NCBI GenBank assembly: GCA_027451365.1
Contig: DAIDJN010000040.1
Span: 64,001 to 128,000, forward strand
Origin: Phycisphaerales bacterium
GTDB taxonomy: Bacteria > Planctomycetota > Phycisphaerae > WQYP01
Direction of reading: 5' to 3'
Length of the DNA stretch: 64,000 nt
This document shows, in pieces, positions 20,735-31,462 of this stretch; position 1 is the first letter of the stretch, and each line of letters begins with the position of its first letter. Below the pieces are notes generated by a model. The model did no database searches and was not told where the DNA came from. It saw nothing but the letters and a program-made list of their open reading frames with translations. A program made the translations under genes and the position numbers.

Positions 20735-21220
20735 ATATACCTCCGCCGGATGGCATTATAGCCAGACCTGCCGGTGAATAACAGCGGAGCAGGTTGTTGT
20801 ATCGTGTCGTGGCCCGCCGGGCGGCGGGGCTTGCAGACGCCGCCCCGCGCGTTTCTCGAATGTGCCCATGGGGCTGTCGCCCGCCAGCGGTGTGTCGGTT
20901 TTTGCGGCACGGCGATCATAACGATGGAAAAGGACGGCCCGACGGTTATTTCTATGCCGGGTAATGCGATGCGGTACATTGGGGAGGACAATGCGAGCGG
21001 TTCGAGGCATGAAAAATCATATGCCATCATGTGGGGCGGGCAAAAAAAGGGTGAACGTCACCAGATTAAATTGCGCGGATATTTGCCCGCTTCATCGGAA
21101 ACTTAGACCTGTGGCATCATGTGTCACGCACCCCATGACTGCCAAACCGCCATATCCGGGTTGACAAGTCCGCCCAACTGGGCAAGATAGTCAAAGGATT
21201 ATTGTGCCGGAGTAATATAA

Positions 21221-22186
21221 ATGGCGGGTTATAAGGTTGGAATTGCCGTGGTACTCATACTGCTGGCGGTTGTGGTGGGCATTGCTGTATATGCCTTGTG
21301 GCCGGGCGGCCTGGGGCAGGCTTCATCCCATGCCATGCGCAGAGGGTTCCTTCAGGCGATCCGTGTGCATCAGTCCATGGGGGCTTTGGCCCCGGCCACC
21401 ACTGGAACCGGCGCCGGGCATTTATATATGAAGGCGTATAGAAAGCTTGTGGCCCTTGCGCCTGACGCCGATGCCCTGGACAACGCCCGCCACAACACCG
21501 CCCCGGAAAAAGACCCGCAATTAATGAAAATTCTCTCACTCCTGGAACAGGCGGCCACGCGATCTATGGGCCGCAAGCATCTGGTGTTTGGTTCCAGTTT
21601 GCCGATTCCCGCCGTGGATGACCCGGTCGCGGATCGGATTTCCGCACTCGGCGATATCTGTTCGACCGCCGGGGCCGGACTGATGGTGGATGGCAAGCCG
21701 CACGCGGCGGAAAAAGCCCTGCAAGCCTGCGCACTGTTTGGTCAGCGGGTGTGGCGACGGGGACTGCTGGTTTCCGTCCGCGGCAATGCTTTGGGTGCGA
21801 TGGAGTTTGGCGTGCAGGGACTCGAACAGATGTACAAACAAAACGGACCGCTTGCCAATCCGGAAAAATACAGTCTGTGCAAAAAATTGCGCCGGGCGAT
21901 TGCCGTGGCCACAAAAAAATGGTTTGCAAAACTTGGATTCGTCTGCGTGACCGATCCGCGCGCCGCGGATATGGTATACATTGTCAAACATGACAAGGAT
22001 TTATCCTGGCGGATTGCAGCCATCATGGAACTTGGCGTTGCCCGCTGGGCCACAGACTATTCCCCGCGTGCCGATGCCATTAAACACTATTTGAATCAGC
22101 GGACCTTAAGCCAGAATAAATGGATCCGCCGTGCCGCCAAACGCGCGGCCGGAATAACGCTCCAGGATATTCGCATGGCCAGTTAA
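21221..22186 (+). CDS. Hypothetical membrane-anchored, helical, basic protein
   Basis: N-terminal TM; GGAG RBS; TTGACA at 21161 upstream. Confidence 0.7.
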   Translation: MAGYKVGIAVVLILLAVVVGIAVYALWPGGLGQASSHAMRRGFLQAIRVHQSMGALAPATTGTGAGHLYMKAYRKLVALAPDADALDNARHNTAPEKDPQLMKILSLLEQAATRSMGRKHLVFGSSLPIPAVDDPVADRISALGDICSTAGAGLMVDGKPHAAEKALQACALFGQRVWRRGLLVSVRGNALGAMEFGVQGLEQMYKQNGPLANPEKYSLCKKLRRAIAVATKKWFAKLGFVCVTDPRAADMVYIVKHDKDLSWRIAAIMELGVARWATDYSPRADAIKHYLNQRTLSQNKWIRRAAKRAAGITLQDIRMAS

Positions 22187-22826
22187 CCCACGGCAGGCGT
22201 TTTTCGCCCGCCAATCACATGCGCCACATGGCCACCGACTTGTCGGCGGTTAATTTCATTCAAATATACAGACGGTGCCGTGTCTCTTTAAGGGTAGCCA
22301 TATGACCCCTCAACCAAATTGACTCTCTATGATAACGCAACCATACGTTTCGTCCGGGGGCTATTTCAATCCTGATCTGTAAGCGTGCCCGATCGCGGAG
22401 TGGGAATAACCGCGCCCGGCATCAAAATGAAGCAAATCGCCGCTTTCATCTGTTCAGTTTTTCAACGCTAGAAAACTATCTGCTCTGGCCGCGACCGGCG
22501 CCGGGGTGACTGCTTTGTGGTAAGCAAGGTTGTCAAGCGTGCGTACACATTTTCATTTTTGCGGGCCGCGGCCCCAGGCCAGAAAAGTTGACCAGGCGAC
22601 ACGCGATCAGGTGGGCACCGGAAGAAGCTGGAAATTGTCGGGCAATATGCCAAATTGCCAGGGATGGGGTGACGATTTTAACCGCAAAGGGCAATAAGTA
22701 CCCAGGCTTTCTTAATCGCCAAGCCGCGCCGCTCCACGGATTCCGCGACGGACGCTTTTCAGGTGACACACGGCAGGCTATCATTCGCGTGCTTGGACTA
22801 ATGGGACTCAAAATTGGGACGGTGCT

Positions 22827-25800
22827 TTGGCCAGTCAGAAACACAATAAAATTTCCAGGTTCAAACCGCCTGCCCGTGTTGGCGCAAGACGGTTTTGCCC
22901 CAGACGATGTTCGGCGCGTGTCGCCATGCTGGCTCTTTCCGTGGCCGGCATTGCCGCCGTCGGCGGCGCGGCAACGGCGCAGTTCGTGCCAAGTCCTATT
23001 CAGCCGACTGTATTTCCGGTGCTTCAACCGGGTAGCGCGGTGAATATTCCGATGGTCGCCCAGGCGGGCGGTACGGATGTATGGGTATCCGCGGATGGCG
23101 TGCAGCATATATTGTTGACCGGGCAGGTGCTGGTGAGTGTCGGGTATCGAACCTTGCGCGCGGACAATGCGGCGGTCTGGCTGACGCCGATCGCCTTTGG
23201 TGGTTCCAGCATTTACAAAGCCGAGATATATCTGGCTGGCCACGTCAGCATCAGCGAAGGCCGCAAGGGCAACGCGGTCAGCCGTGGCACTGAAATGCTG
23301 GTGACCACGGAAATTTCCGGCGGCGTGCGATTGGGCGCTACCAACCCGGTTGCCGCGAAGGAAAGCGGATCGCCAATTGTACTTCGCGGGGAAAAATTAA
23401 TTCGTGAGCTTTCGGCCCGCCCGGTGGCTTTGAACTATATTCCGACCGTGCAGATTCAACCCACGGAGACCGCGCTTGGGCTGGGATGGATCGCTCGTGG
23501 CTCGCGGAATCAGGTTTCACCACTGATAACCAGCTCGCAGCAGGCGATGAAGAGCACCGCGCATGGCGGAGCTATGCAAAAGCCGGCGCTGGTTTTTGCG
23601 ACGGGTGATAAAATTACCGTTTCCGTTGAAGGCACGCAGCGCGTGACCACCGCGGAAGGAGAATTTATTCTGGTGCGACAGGTTCCCGGACAGGCCGCAC
23701 TGGAACTTCGCGCCAACGATGCCGTGCTGTTCAGTCCAGCCGGGTCGGGCCATCACGTGCGGCCAGTGGGGCCGCGCAATGGCATTACGGAAAAAGTGCA
23801 GGGAGTTTATCTGGATGGCGATGTCACCATAACCCAGGGGAATCAGACAGTTCACGCCAGCCAAGTCTATTATGACTTTACCACCAACCGGGCCATCATG
23901 CTTGACGCGGTGTTAAGCACCTACGATGTCGCGCATCATTCGCCCCTGTATATGCGTGCCACAAAGATTTTGCAGTTGGCCAAGGGAAGTTTCGCCGCCA
24001 AATCGGTCAAGCTTTCCACGGACGATTTTTACGTCCCGCATTATTACATTGGCGCCGGTTCCATGACCGTGCAGTCCATATCCGGGCCTGTGGTGACGCA
24101 GCCCAATGCACATGGCGGCGCGATATATGCGTATACGGGCAAGGATATTACCGGTAATTTCATGGGATTGCCTTTTTTCTACTGGCCCGAAATATCCGGA
24201 ACCACCGCCCAGCCCACCACGCCGCTGCGGTCCTTCGGCGTGGGCTATTCCAACACATTTGGTGCCTCCCTGACCACGGACTGGAATCTGCTGGAACTGC
24301 TCGGTCAGAATCCGATTCCAGGATTTGATATGGGGTTGAATCTGGATGAATATTCCAATCGCGGGCCTGGCATTGGGATCAATTCGCATTTTCGGCTGCC
24401 GGACCAGCCCAACGCCCATGGCTCACTGCAAAGTTTCCTTATGTATGACGACGGGACCGACCAGCTAGGTGCCAATCGCGACAACCTGCCGCTGTCATCC
24501 CACGTTCGCGGCTTTGCCTCTGGCCGCTACCAGCAGGACCTTTCGCGGCAATGGACGCTGGCCGTGCAGGGGTCGTATATTTCCGATGAGAACTTCCTGG
24601 AGCAGTATTTTCAGAATGAATATGCCACCGCCCCCGAACAACAGACCTCCATTGATCTGCGGCAACAGCACGAAACCGAAGGCTTTACCATTATCGGAAA
24701 ATGGAATCTGAACCGCTTTGTGGCCAATGCGGACCTGGAAGACAATGAATTTTCCGTCCAGCGGTACCCCGAAGCCCATTATTGGCGGCAGGGCGACAAA
24801 CTCTTGGGAATCTTCACTTATTATTCCGATACCAGCGGCGGCGTCCTGAACGACAAATTCAGCTCTCTGACGCCGGCCCAGCGTGCGCTGACGCTGAATT
24901 TTCCCGGCATGAACCCGAATGAGAGTTTCAGCAACTACTATCTGGCCAATGGCTGGACGGACAACAGCGTGGCACGCGGTGACACCCGCCAGGAAATAGA
25001 CCTGCCACTGGGTGCCGGGCCGATTGAATTTACGCCCTTTGTCACCGGCCGCCTGACTTACTGGGACACCAGTTTTCCGGTCACCAACAACCAGACCGGT
25101 GGCAATACCACGCGGGCCTGGGGTGCGGGCGGGTTTCGTTCAACGGCGACATTCTGGAAGGTGTATCACGGGTTTAATTCCGATTTTCTGGATGTGCATT
25201 CTCTTCGCCATATTATTCAGCCGGAAGTCAGTCTGTTTGCGTCCGGCTCCAATGTGCAGCGCGGCTATCTTCAGCCGTTTGACCGGAACGTGGAAGGCAT
25301 TACCGACGCCAGCGGCGCCGAATTTGCTTTGCGGCAGATTCTTCAAACCAAGCGTGGCCGACCCGGCGAGCGGCAAATCGTCGACTGGATCACCCTGAAT
25401 GTATCGGCGGATATGTTCTGGAATGTACCGACCACCGGTCCATTCAACGCGGCCAATCCAATGTATGCCGGCGCGCCATTTTCCACCAGCGATTTCGGCC
25501 AGCCAACGATCGGTTATTACGACTTCAGCCGTCCGGAGCTAAGCCAGGTGGCCGACAGTTTAAACGCCAATGCAACCTGGCGGGCCGGTGCCAATGTGCG
25601 GGTTCTGGCGGATGAAAGTTATAATCTGGACGTCAATCAGTTGGAAGAATTTGATACCGGCGTGGTGATTGACCAGTCGCCGGACATATCCTATTTTCTG
25701 GGAAACAGCTATATCCGGGCATTGGAAACCGATCAGTGGACGGCTTCGATGGATTACCGGCTGACCGAGAAATATTCGTTCGCAGTGACGCAAAGTTACG

Positions 25801-25991
25801 ATTTTGCCATTGATCATAATATTCTCTCGCAGTTGACGATCGTGCGGAAACTGCCGCGGTTTTATTCAGGCGTTACGCTTAGCTACAATGCCGACACACG
25901 TTCGGAGGCCGTGTTTTTCAGCATCTGGCCGGCCGGCTATCCGCAGTATGGCGTTACCAATACCTCCGCGCTTCAGGGGGCGCTCCCCTGA
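22827..25991 (+). CDS. lptD: LPS-assembly protein LptD-like outer-membrane beta-barrel
   Basis: Signal peptide; OstA-like N-terminal region (VYLDGDVTITQG..VHASQVYYD), GLPFFYWP, SYISDENFLEQYF, LRHIIQPE, amphipathic beta strands. Start uncertain. Confidence 0.75.
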   Translation: MASQKHNKISRFKPPARVGARRFCPRRCSARVAMLALSVAGIAAVGGAATAQFVPSPIQPTVFPVLQPGSAVNIPMVAQAGGTDVWVSADGVQHILLTGQVLVSVGYRTLRADNAAVWLTPIAFGGSSIYKAEIYLAGHVSISEGRKGNAVSRGTEMLVTTEISGGVRLGATNPVAAKESGSPIVLRGEKLIRELSARPVALNYIPTVQIQPTETALGLGWIARGSRNQVSPLITSSQQAMKSTAHGGAMQKPALVFATGDKITVSVEGTQRVTTAEGEFILVRQVPGQAALELRANDAVLFSPAGSGHHVRPVGPRNGITEKVQGVYLDGDVTITQGNQTVHASQVYYDFTTNRAIMLDAVLSTYDVAHHSPLYMRATKILQLAKGSFAAKSVKLSTDDFYVPHYYIGAGSMTVQSISGPVVTQPNAHGGAIYAYTGKDITGNFMGLPFFYWPEISGTTAQPTTPLRSFGVGYSNTFGASLTTDWNLLELLGQNPIPGFDMGLNLDEYSNRGPGIGINSHFRLPDQPNAHGSLQSFLMYDDGTDQLGANRDNLPLSSHVRGFASGRYQQDLSRQWTLAVQGSYISDENFLEQYFQNEYATAPEQQTSIDLRQQHETEGFTIIGKWNLNRFVANADLEDNEFSVQRYPEAHYWRQGDKLLGIFTYYSDTSGGVLNDKFSSLTPAQRALTLNFPGMNPNESFSNYYLANGWTDNSVARGDTRQEIDLPLGAGPIEFTPFVTGRLTYWDTSFPVTNNQTGGNTTRAWGAGGFRSTATFWKVYHGFNSDFLDVHSLRHIIQPEVSLFASGSNVQRGYLQPFDRNVEGITDASGAEFALRQILQTKRGRPGERQIVDWITLNVSADMFWNVPTTGPFNAANPMYAGAPFSTSDFGQPTIGYYDFSRPELSQVADSLNANATWRAGANVRVLADESYNLDVNQLEEFDTGVVIDQSPDISYFLGNSYIRALETDQWTASMDYRLTEKYSFAVTQSYDFAIDHNILSQLTIVRKLPRFYSGVTLSYNADTRSEAVFFSIWPAGYPQYGVTNTSALQGALP

Positions 25992-26224
25992 TGGCGACCC
26001 GCGATCGGCCAGTGCGCGGGGGATATCACAATGCCCAACTGGTTTACTGTTATTGCAGTTAAATATGGTGACATGTGTATGTATAAGGAATTTCACCTGT
26101 TCGCGAATGTCGCTGATTCTGCGGCTATTTGAAGTCAGACAAAATGCCATCTGCGCCGTTTAATACGGTGGCGTTGGAATAGCGACAAATAAAGCGACAA
26201 TCTCGCATCGCACGCGGAGAACAA

Positions 26225-27940
26225 TTGGCCGGACTATTTGATGACGATCCACCGCCCGCCCGCCCGGCGAAATCCGGTCGTCGACCGATGCGCAAAACTC
26301 CCATGGACGCGATACGGGGCGTCGGGCAACCGGATGCCAATCACGCAAAATCCGGACTTGGCAATCCAACCCAAACCGCCCCAAACCAATCGCCAACAGA
26401 GTTGGCCGCATCACTGCCTGTTGTGAAGCCCGGCGCAGTCATTCGACCGCCTCGATTGCGGCGGTCGGCAGCCGCGATTCTTGAATCCAAAACGGAATCT
26501 CAATCCGAAGCCCAGGCTGAATCAGCCCCAATATACAGCGTGGCGCAGGTGAACAGCCTGATTCAGCGGGCCATTGTCACCCATCTGCCGGCGGCCATTC
26601 TGGTGCAGGCGGAAATTTCCAATTTTTCAGTCTATGGAAAAGGGCACGCGTTTTTTAAGCTGAAAGATGCCAATGCAGAAATTTCCTGCATGATGTGGCG
26701 CGACACGCTGGAGCGCCTGCGTTTTAAGCCGCAGGATGGGTTGGCCGTACTGGCGGAAGGAACTGTCAAGCTTTATGAACCACAGGGGCGGATAAATTTC
26801 TATGTCAGTCGGTTGATCCCACGCGGGGCCGGGGAACTGGAACTGGCGTTTCGGCAGCTTTGTGAAAAGTTGCGCGGCGAAGGCTTGTTTGATCCGGCGC
26901 GGAAACGGCGTCTTCCGCTGCTGCCGCAACGCATCGTCATTGTCACAAGTCCCTCGGGAGACGTGATTCACGATGTGCTGACCACCGCCTGGCGGCGATT
27001 TCCTGGTCTGCAGGTCATGGTGTTTCCGGTCCGGGTGCAGGGGGCCGGGGCGGCCCGGCAGATCGCCGAGGCCATTGAACAGATCAATGCCCACGCGACT
27101 GAACTGGGAGTGGATCTGATTCTGCTGGTCCGCGGCGGTGGTTCGCTGGAAGATTTATGGGCTTTTAATGAGGAAATCGTTGCGCGGGCCATATCTGCCA
27201 GCGGACTGCCGATTGCCACCGGTGTCGGCCACGAACCAGATACCACAATTGCCGACCTTGTGGCGGACCTGCGCGGCCCGACTCCGACCGGTGTAACGGA
27301 ATTGACCATTCCGGATGTCCAGATTTTTTTGCGCCATTGCGGGACCTGCGCCGATACCATGCGCCACGCGCTGGCCAACGCTCTGCTTCATGGAGACAAG
27401 GACCTGCGCGTCGCCGCCGGGAATCTGGCAGGAAAATTTCAAGCGATTATCCATGGTCGTCAGCGGCGGATTGATGACAGGGCAACCCGGATTGCGTCCG
27501 TTGAACCGCGGCACGCCGTTGCCCAGGGCTGGCGCCGACTTGAAGATGCGCAGCGCAGGCTTCGCGCTGCACCCCAGCGGGATTTGCAGCGATCTGCTCA
27601 GCGGCTGGCCACAATGAAGGAAAGGCTGGAACGTCAATCGCCACGACTGTTGCTGGCCCAATGTTATACGCGGCTGTCGCCAGCCCGCCGACAACTTGCC
27701 GCAGGCATGGAACTTGCTCTAAGGGGCCGGCACGCCATATTGGAATCCGCAAGGCAGCGACTGGAACTAATTGGTCCGCAGGCGGTTCTCAAACGCGGCT
27801 TTTCGATTACGACCGATTCGGCCGGACGGGTTCTGTTTTCGGTCAAGCAGATTACGACGGGACAAAGTTTAACGACCCGACTTGCCGATGGCGAAATTCG
27901 AAGCGATAACGCCCGCTTGCATTCGGACACCGGTGCATGA
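26225..27940 (+). CDS. xseA: Exodeoxyribonuclease VII large subunit (with N-terminal extension)
   Basis: YSVAQVN, AEISNF, GHAFFKLKD, EGLFDPARKRRLP, RGGGSLEDLWAFNEE, GVGHEPD, VLKRGFS. Confidence 0.95.
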   Translation: MAGLFDDDPPPARPAKSGRRPMRKTPMDAIRGVGQPDANHAKSGLGNPTQTAPNQSPTELAASLPVVKPGAVIRPPRLRRSAAAILESKTESQSEAQAESAPIYSVAQVNSLIQRAIVTHLPAAILVQAEISNFSVYGKGHAFFKLKDANAEISCMMWRDTLERLRFKPQDGLAVLAEGTVKLYEPQGRINFYVSRLIPRGAGELELAFRQLCEKLRGEGLFDPARKRRLPLLPQRIVIVTSPSGDVIHDVLTTAWRRFPGLQVMVFPVRVQGAGAARQIAEAIEQINAHATELGVDLILLVRGGGSLEDLWAFNEEIVARAISASGLPIATGVGHEPDTTIADLVADLRGPTPTGVTELTIPDVQIFLRHCGTCADTMRHALANALLHGDKDLRVAAGNLAGKFQAIIHGRQRRIDDRATRIASVEPRHAVAQGWRRLEDAQRRLRAAPQRDLQRSAQRLATMKERLERQSPRLLLAQCYTRLSPARRQLAAGMELALRGRHAILESARQRLELIGPQAVLKRGFSITTDSAGRVLFSVKQITTGQSLTTRLADGEIRSDNARLHSDTGA

Positions 27941-28120
27941 ATTGTAAATCGCCACGTTGACGGACAGTTGTTGTCCGATGCAGCTACGCTCCGGGCTGCG
28001 GACGAAGGCCCGTTTCCCGTTATAACCATGAAAAGGATTCGCAAGTCCCTCGCTTTTCTGGGTGCGTTTTGCCCGTCGTTTCCAGCGAACCGGCGGGCCG
28101 GCCGCTTATTCGCGGAGCAA

Positions 28121-29107
28121 TCAGGCTTCAGTCGTCAGTTTCTCCACCAGGCGACGGCCCAGACGCTGGAATTCCCCGGCTCCGTGAAAGCTTATGCGCT
28201 TATAAACCCGCTGAAACAGCGGTGCCGAAATATCACCTTCTACTTGCAACCAGGGGTTGGCGGCAAGAAACGCCGGAAATTCAATTTCATAACGCGCGTA
28301 AAGCGCTGACCATCGATTCTGAAAGGCAGTTTCACTGATCGCGTCATCGGAGCGATCGTGCAACAATCCATACACATCGGCGATGAGCGGAAAATCCTTC
28401 GTCATGCGGGCCAAATCGCCTGGCGCTGTGATCGCATGGGCCAGTGAACGGTCCAGAAAATGTGTTTCGTAAAAGTGCATCTCCCTTTCCATCACTTGCG
28501 ATTCCAAATGGAATCTGGCGGCAACCCGCTGCAATTGTTTTCGCGGATCTGCCAGCAAATTTTCATAGCTGACCGTCACATTTGGACGATTGAGCGTATC
28601 CTGCACGCTCCGCACGGTGCATTCCAGCCACAGAGCCATTCCTGTGATATGCTTAAGCCCCGATGAGGCGCAAAGCGAATCGGCCACGGCGGCTGGATTC
28701 CGCAAGGCAACCAGATAGTTATCCTGGCAGGATATTTCGGCAAATAACGCCTGCCAGAAAAATAATAAGCGGTTCATTCGCGGATCTTTCATCGCCCATA
28801 ATTTGCGGTTGGCGAAGCGCTGGCCAAGGATATTTTTTGCATCTCGGTGGATACGTCCATATTCCGCTGACGATTCAACCCGTGCCCGGGAAAACCCCGG
28901 CCAGCCCAGATGCCTGTCGGCCAGTTTCAGAAGCTTGGTGTTAATGTGCTGAATTGCGGTGTCTTCCCAGAAGCCACGCGGATTATTGGCATTTGGGGGC
29001 ACCATTTCATCGCCCAAGTCGATACCGAATACCGGAAGCAGGCGGGTTAATGCGCTTGTGCCACTGCGCGGCGAACCTAGCACCACGAAAGCAACTTTTT
29101 TTTCCAT
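28121..29107 (-). CDS. Sulfotransferase family protein
   Basis: VLGSPRSGTS (5'-PSB loop), NPRGFWE, KDPR, LRNP..VADS (3'-PB), YENLL.DP. Confidence 0.85.
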   Translation of the reverse strand: MEKKVAFVVLGSPRSGTSALTRLLPVFGIDLGDEMVPPNANNPRGFWEDTAIQHINTKLLKLADRHLGWPGFSRARVESSAEYGRIHRDAKNILGQRFANRKLWAMKDPRMNRLLFFWQALFAEISCQDNYLVALRNPAAVADSLCASSGLKHITGMALWLECTVRSVQDTLNRPNVTVSYENLLADPRKQLQRVAARFHLESQVMEREMHFYETHFLDRSLAHAITAPGDLARMTKDFPLIADVYGLLHDRSDDAISETAFQNRWSALYARYEIEFPAFLAANPWLQVEGDISAPLFQRVYKRISFHGAGEFQRLGRRLVEKLTTEA

Positions 29108-29357
29108 AACCTTCCGGCTCCCGCATATGTCCGACAATTTGCCGTTTTTGTCGGCACGCTGCCACAATTTGCTCGTAAGCCGCGCCTTGGGCGCTCCGGT
29201 TGCCCATCACTCCATCGTCCAGCCAAACGCAGAGAGTTCAAATTCGTTGCAATTACGTCCAGTTTTAAGGTTATCGGGCGGGAAATACCCCGGGCGCGGG
29301 ACCGACCCGATGGGGCAATTCCCTGGTTCGCATACCGGACTGGTTACGCGATTTGCG

Positions 29358-31424
29358 TCACACGCCGACGGGCTGTTTCAGGGGGGCTTTTTCATGGGGC
29401 CATGCCGGTGCTTTGCCCAGCACGTCTTCCCAGCAGCATCGCAATACCTCTGCCACAGACCAAGCCTGAGCAATACAGCCACGTGGCTGGTGCGGTGCGT
29501 CGCCATCGGCAATTTCGCTTATTGAACCAATCCCCGCCATCAGCAAGTGGGATTCAAACGGCTGTATAAAGCCATACGCCTTTTGACGGGCTGCCGCCGA
29601 TCCGCCATTGGCCCGTACATACGCCGACACAAACGGGCCGATCAGCCACGGCCAGGCGGTGCCCTGATGATAGGCATGGTCCCGGCTGTTCTGATCGCCG
29701 CAATAGTGGCCGATATATCGGGCCGAACCGGGTGCCAGCGTCCGCAGCCCCATTGGTGTTAAAAGGTCGCGCTGCACCACGTTGACCACGGCGGCGGCCT
29801 TGTCCGTCGGCAACATGCCAAACGGCAGGCTGGCGGCGATAATCTGATTCGGGCGAATGGAGTCATCTGGTGTGCCATCGGGTGAAATGACATCAAACAG
29901 GCAATTGCGGGCCGGGTTCCAGAATGTTTTAACAAAATTTGCGGCACAAAGCTGTGCTGTGGCGGCAAATGAATCGGCACGCGCGTTGTCTGCGGCGGAA
30001 CGGGCTATAAATTCCATTACTTTTAAGGCATTGAACCAGAGGGCTGAAATTTCCACCGGCTTGCCATACCGCGGCGTGACCACTTCGCCGCCAATTTTTG
30101 CATCCATCCAAGTCAGTTGCACGCCGGGTTCGCCGGCACAAATCAGGCCGTCAACGTCCATATGAATGCCGAAATGGGTTCCGGTGCGGTATTTGTCCAG
30201 AATCTGGCAAAGGGGCGCGTAAAGGTAATCCCGCAGAAGGGCGCCATCTCCGGTGTAACGCCAGTATTGATACGCGGCCTGCACAAACCAGAGTGACGCA
30301 TCCACTGTATTGTAATCCGGCTGGTCGCTTTCATCGGGGAAGCGGTTGGGCGTGAGTCCATCGCGAATATGATCCGCAAATGTAACCAGCACGCCGCGCG
30401 CCGCGGCCTGGCTGCCCGTCACCAGCGCGATGCCTGGCAGACTGATAAACGTGTCACGTCCCCAGTCTTCAAACCACGGATACCCGGCGATGATCGACAT
30501 TTTATTTGGATTCGCCTTGTCCGCACTTCGTGTAACCAGGAATTGTTCAGCGGCTGTGCTTAGTTTGGCCAGCAGATCCGTCATTTCGCCTGCGTTGCCC
30601 AGCCGGGAGCCAAGTTGTTCATGACGCCGCCGACACCCGTCAATCAACCGCTGCTGTTCGGTAATAGCGACAGGATGCGTGGCGGCAATCAGCACAGCCG
30701 GACGACCGATTTTAAGTGTGAATTCCAAGGCGCCGGGGGTCCACAAGTCGTCCATATCCGGGTAGCCGCGGGCACGTTCCTCGCGCAGCACGAAATTGTA
30801 CCACCAGCATTGGCCTTCACTGAAATGATCGGCATTGTGGCTGATAAAAACCTTCAGCGGACATTGCGGTGCCGAAAGCAGCAGCGCTTCGTGGGCACCG
30901 GCACCGGTGTCCACGCTCCAGCCGGCGCGGTTGGAAGCCGTGGTGGTGGCATGAAAATGCCGGCCGGCCATCATCGGTTGAACGTGGAGCAGAACCTCGG
31001 CCTTTCCGGCGGTGCCCTGAACGAGGTCGTAACGAACGATGACGACATCCTTGCCGTGCGGCATGAAAATGGATTTTTCCACGATGGCATCGCCGCAGGC
31101 ATATCGCCAGACCGGCCCGGCCCCGACTTCGCAGGAAATGAGGTTCTGGTAGCCGGCTGGATCCATCAGATCGGGAAATTCATTGGTGGAGAGCGGGTAG
31201 CTTTTCTGGCCGATCCAGACGCGGTCTTCCACACGTGAAACCAGCACAATACGATCGACCGGCGGCCGGTTGGGGGCCACGAGATATCCATGGTATTTAC
31301 GCGTATTGACACCCGCAATTGTGCCCGACGCGTAGGCACCGCGCCCATTGGTGCAGAGCCATTCACGGGTAATGGACGCGTCCAGATTACGACATGTTTT
31401 TTGATCAATACTGATTGGATTCAT
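29358..31424 (-). CDS. Glycogen debranching enzyme (amylo-alpha-1,6-glucosidase, archaeal-type)
   Basis: REWLCTNGRGAYASGT, AGYPWFEDWGRDTFI, YNTVDASLW, LTWMDA, IRPNQ, YHQGTAWPW, QAWSVAE. Confidence 0.92.
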   Translation of the reverse strand: MNPISIDQKTCRNLDASITREWLCTNGRGAYASGTIAGVNTRKYHGYLVAPNRPPVDRIVLVSRVEDRVWIGQKSYPLSTNEFPDLMDPAGYQNLISCEVGAGPVWRYACGDAIVEKSIFMPHGKDVVIVRYDLVQGTAGKAEVLLHVQPMMAGRHFHATTTASNRAGWSVDTGAGAHEALLLSAPQCPLKVFISHNADHFSEGQCWWYNFVLREERARGYPDMDDLWTPGALEFTLKIGRPAVLIAATHPVAITEQQRLIDGCRRRHEQLGSRLGNAGEMTDLLAKLSTAAEQFLVTRSADKANPNKMSIIAGYPWFEDWGRDTFISLPGIALVTGSQAAARGVLVTFADHIRDGLTPNRFPDESDQPDYNTVDASLWFVQAAYQYWRYTGDGALLRDYLYAPLCQILDKYRTGTHFGIHMDVDGLICAGEPGVQLTWMDAKIGGEVVTPRYGKPVEISALWFNALKVMEFIARSAADNARADSFAATAQLCAANFVKTFWNPARNCLFDVISPDGTPDDSIRPNQIIAASLPFGMLPTDKAAAVVNVVQRDLLTPMGLRTLAPGSARYIGHYCGDQNSRDHAYHQGTAWPWLIGPFVSAYVRANGGSAAARQKAYGFIQPFESHLLMAGIGSISEIADGDAPHQPRGCIAQAWSVAEVLRCCWEDVLGKAPAWPHEKAPLKQPVGV

Positions 31425-31462
31425 GGTCAACGGTTCCTTGTTATCGCGCTGTATCGGGTCGG

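Noticed and set aside
22187..22826. Long intergenic region before lptD as ncRNA/riboswitch
   Set aside because: No recognisable conserved RNA motif by eye; it would need an Rfam scan.
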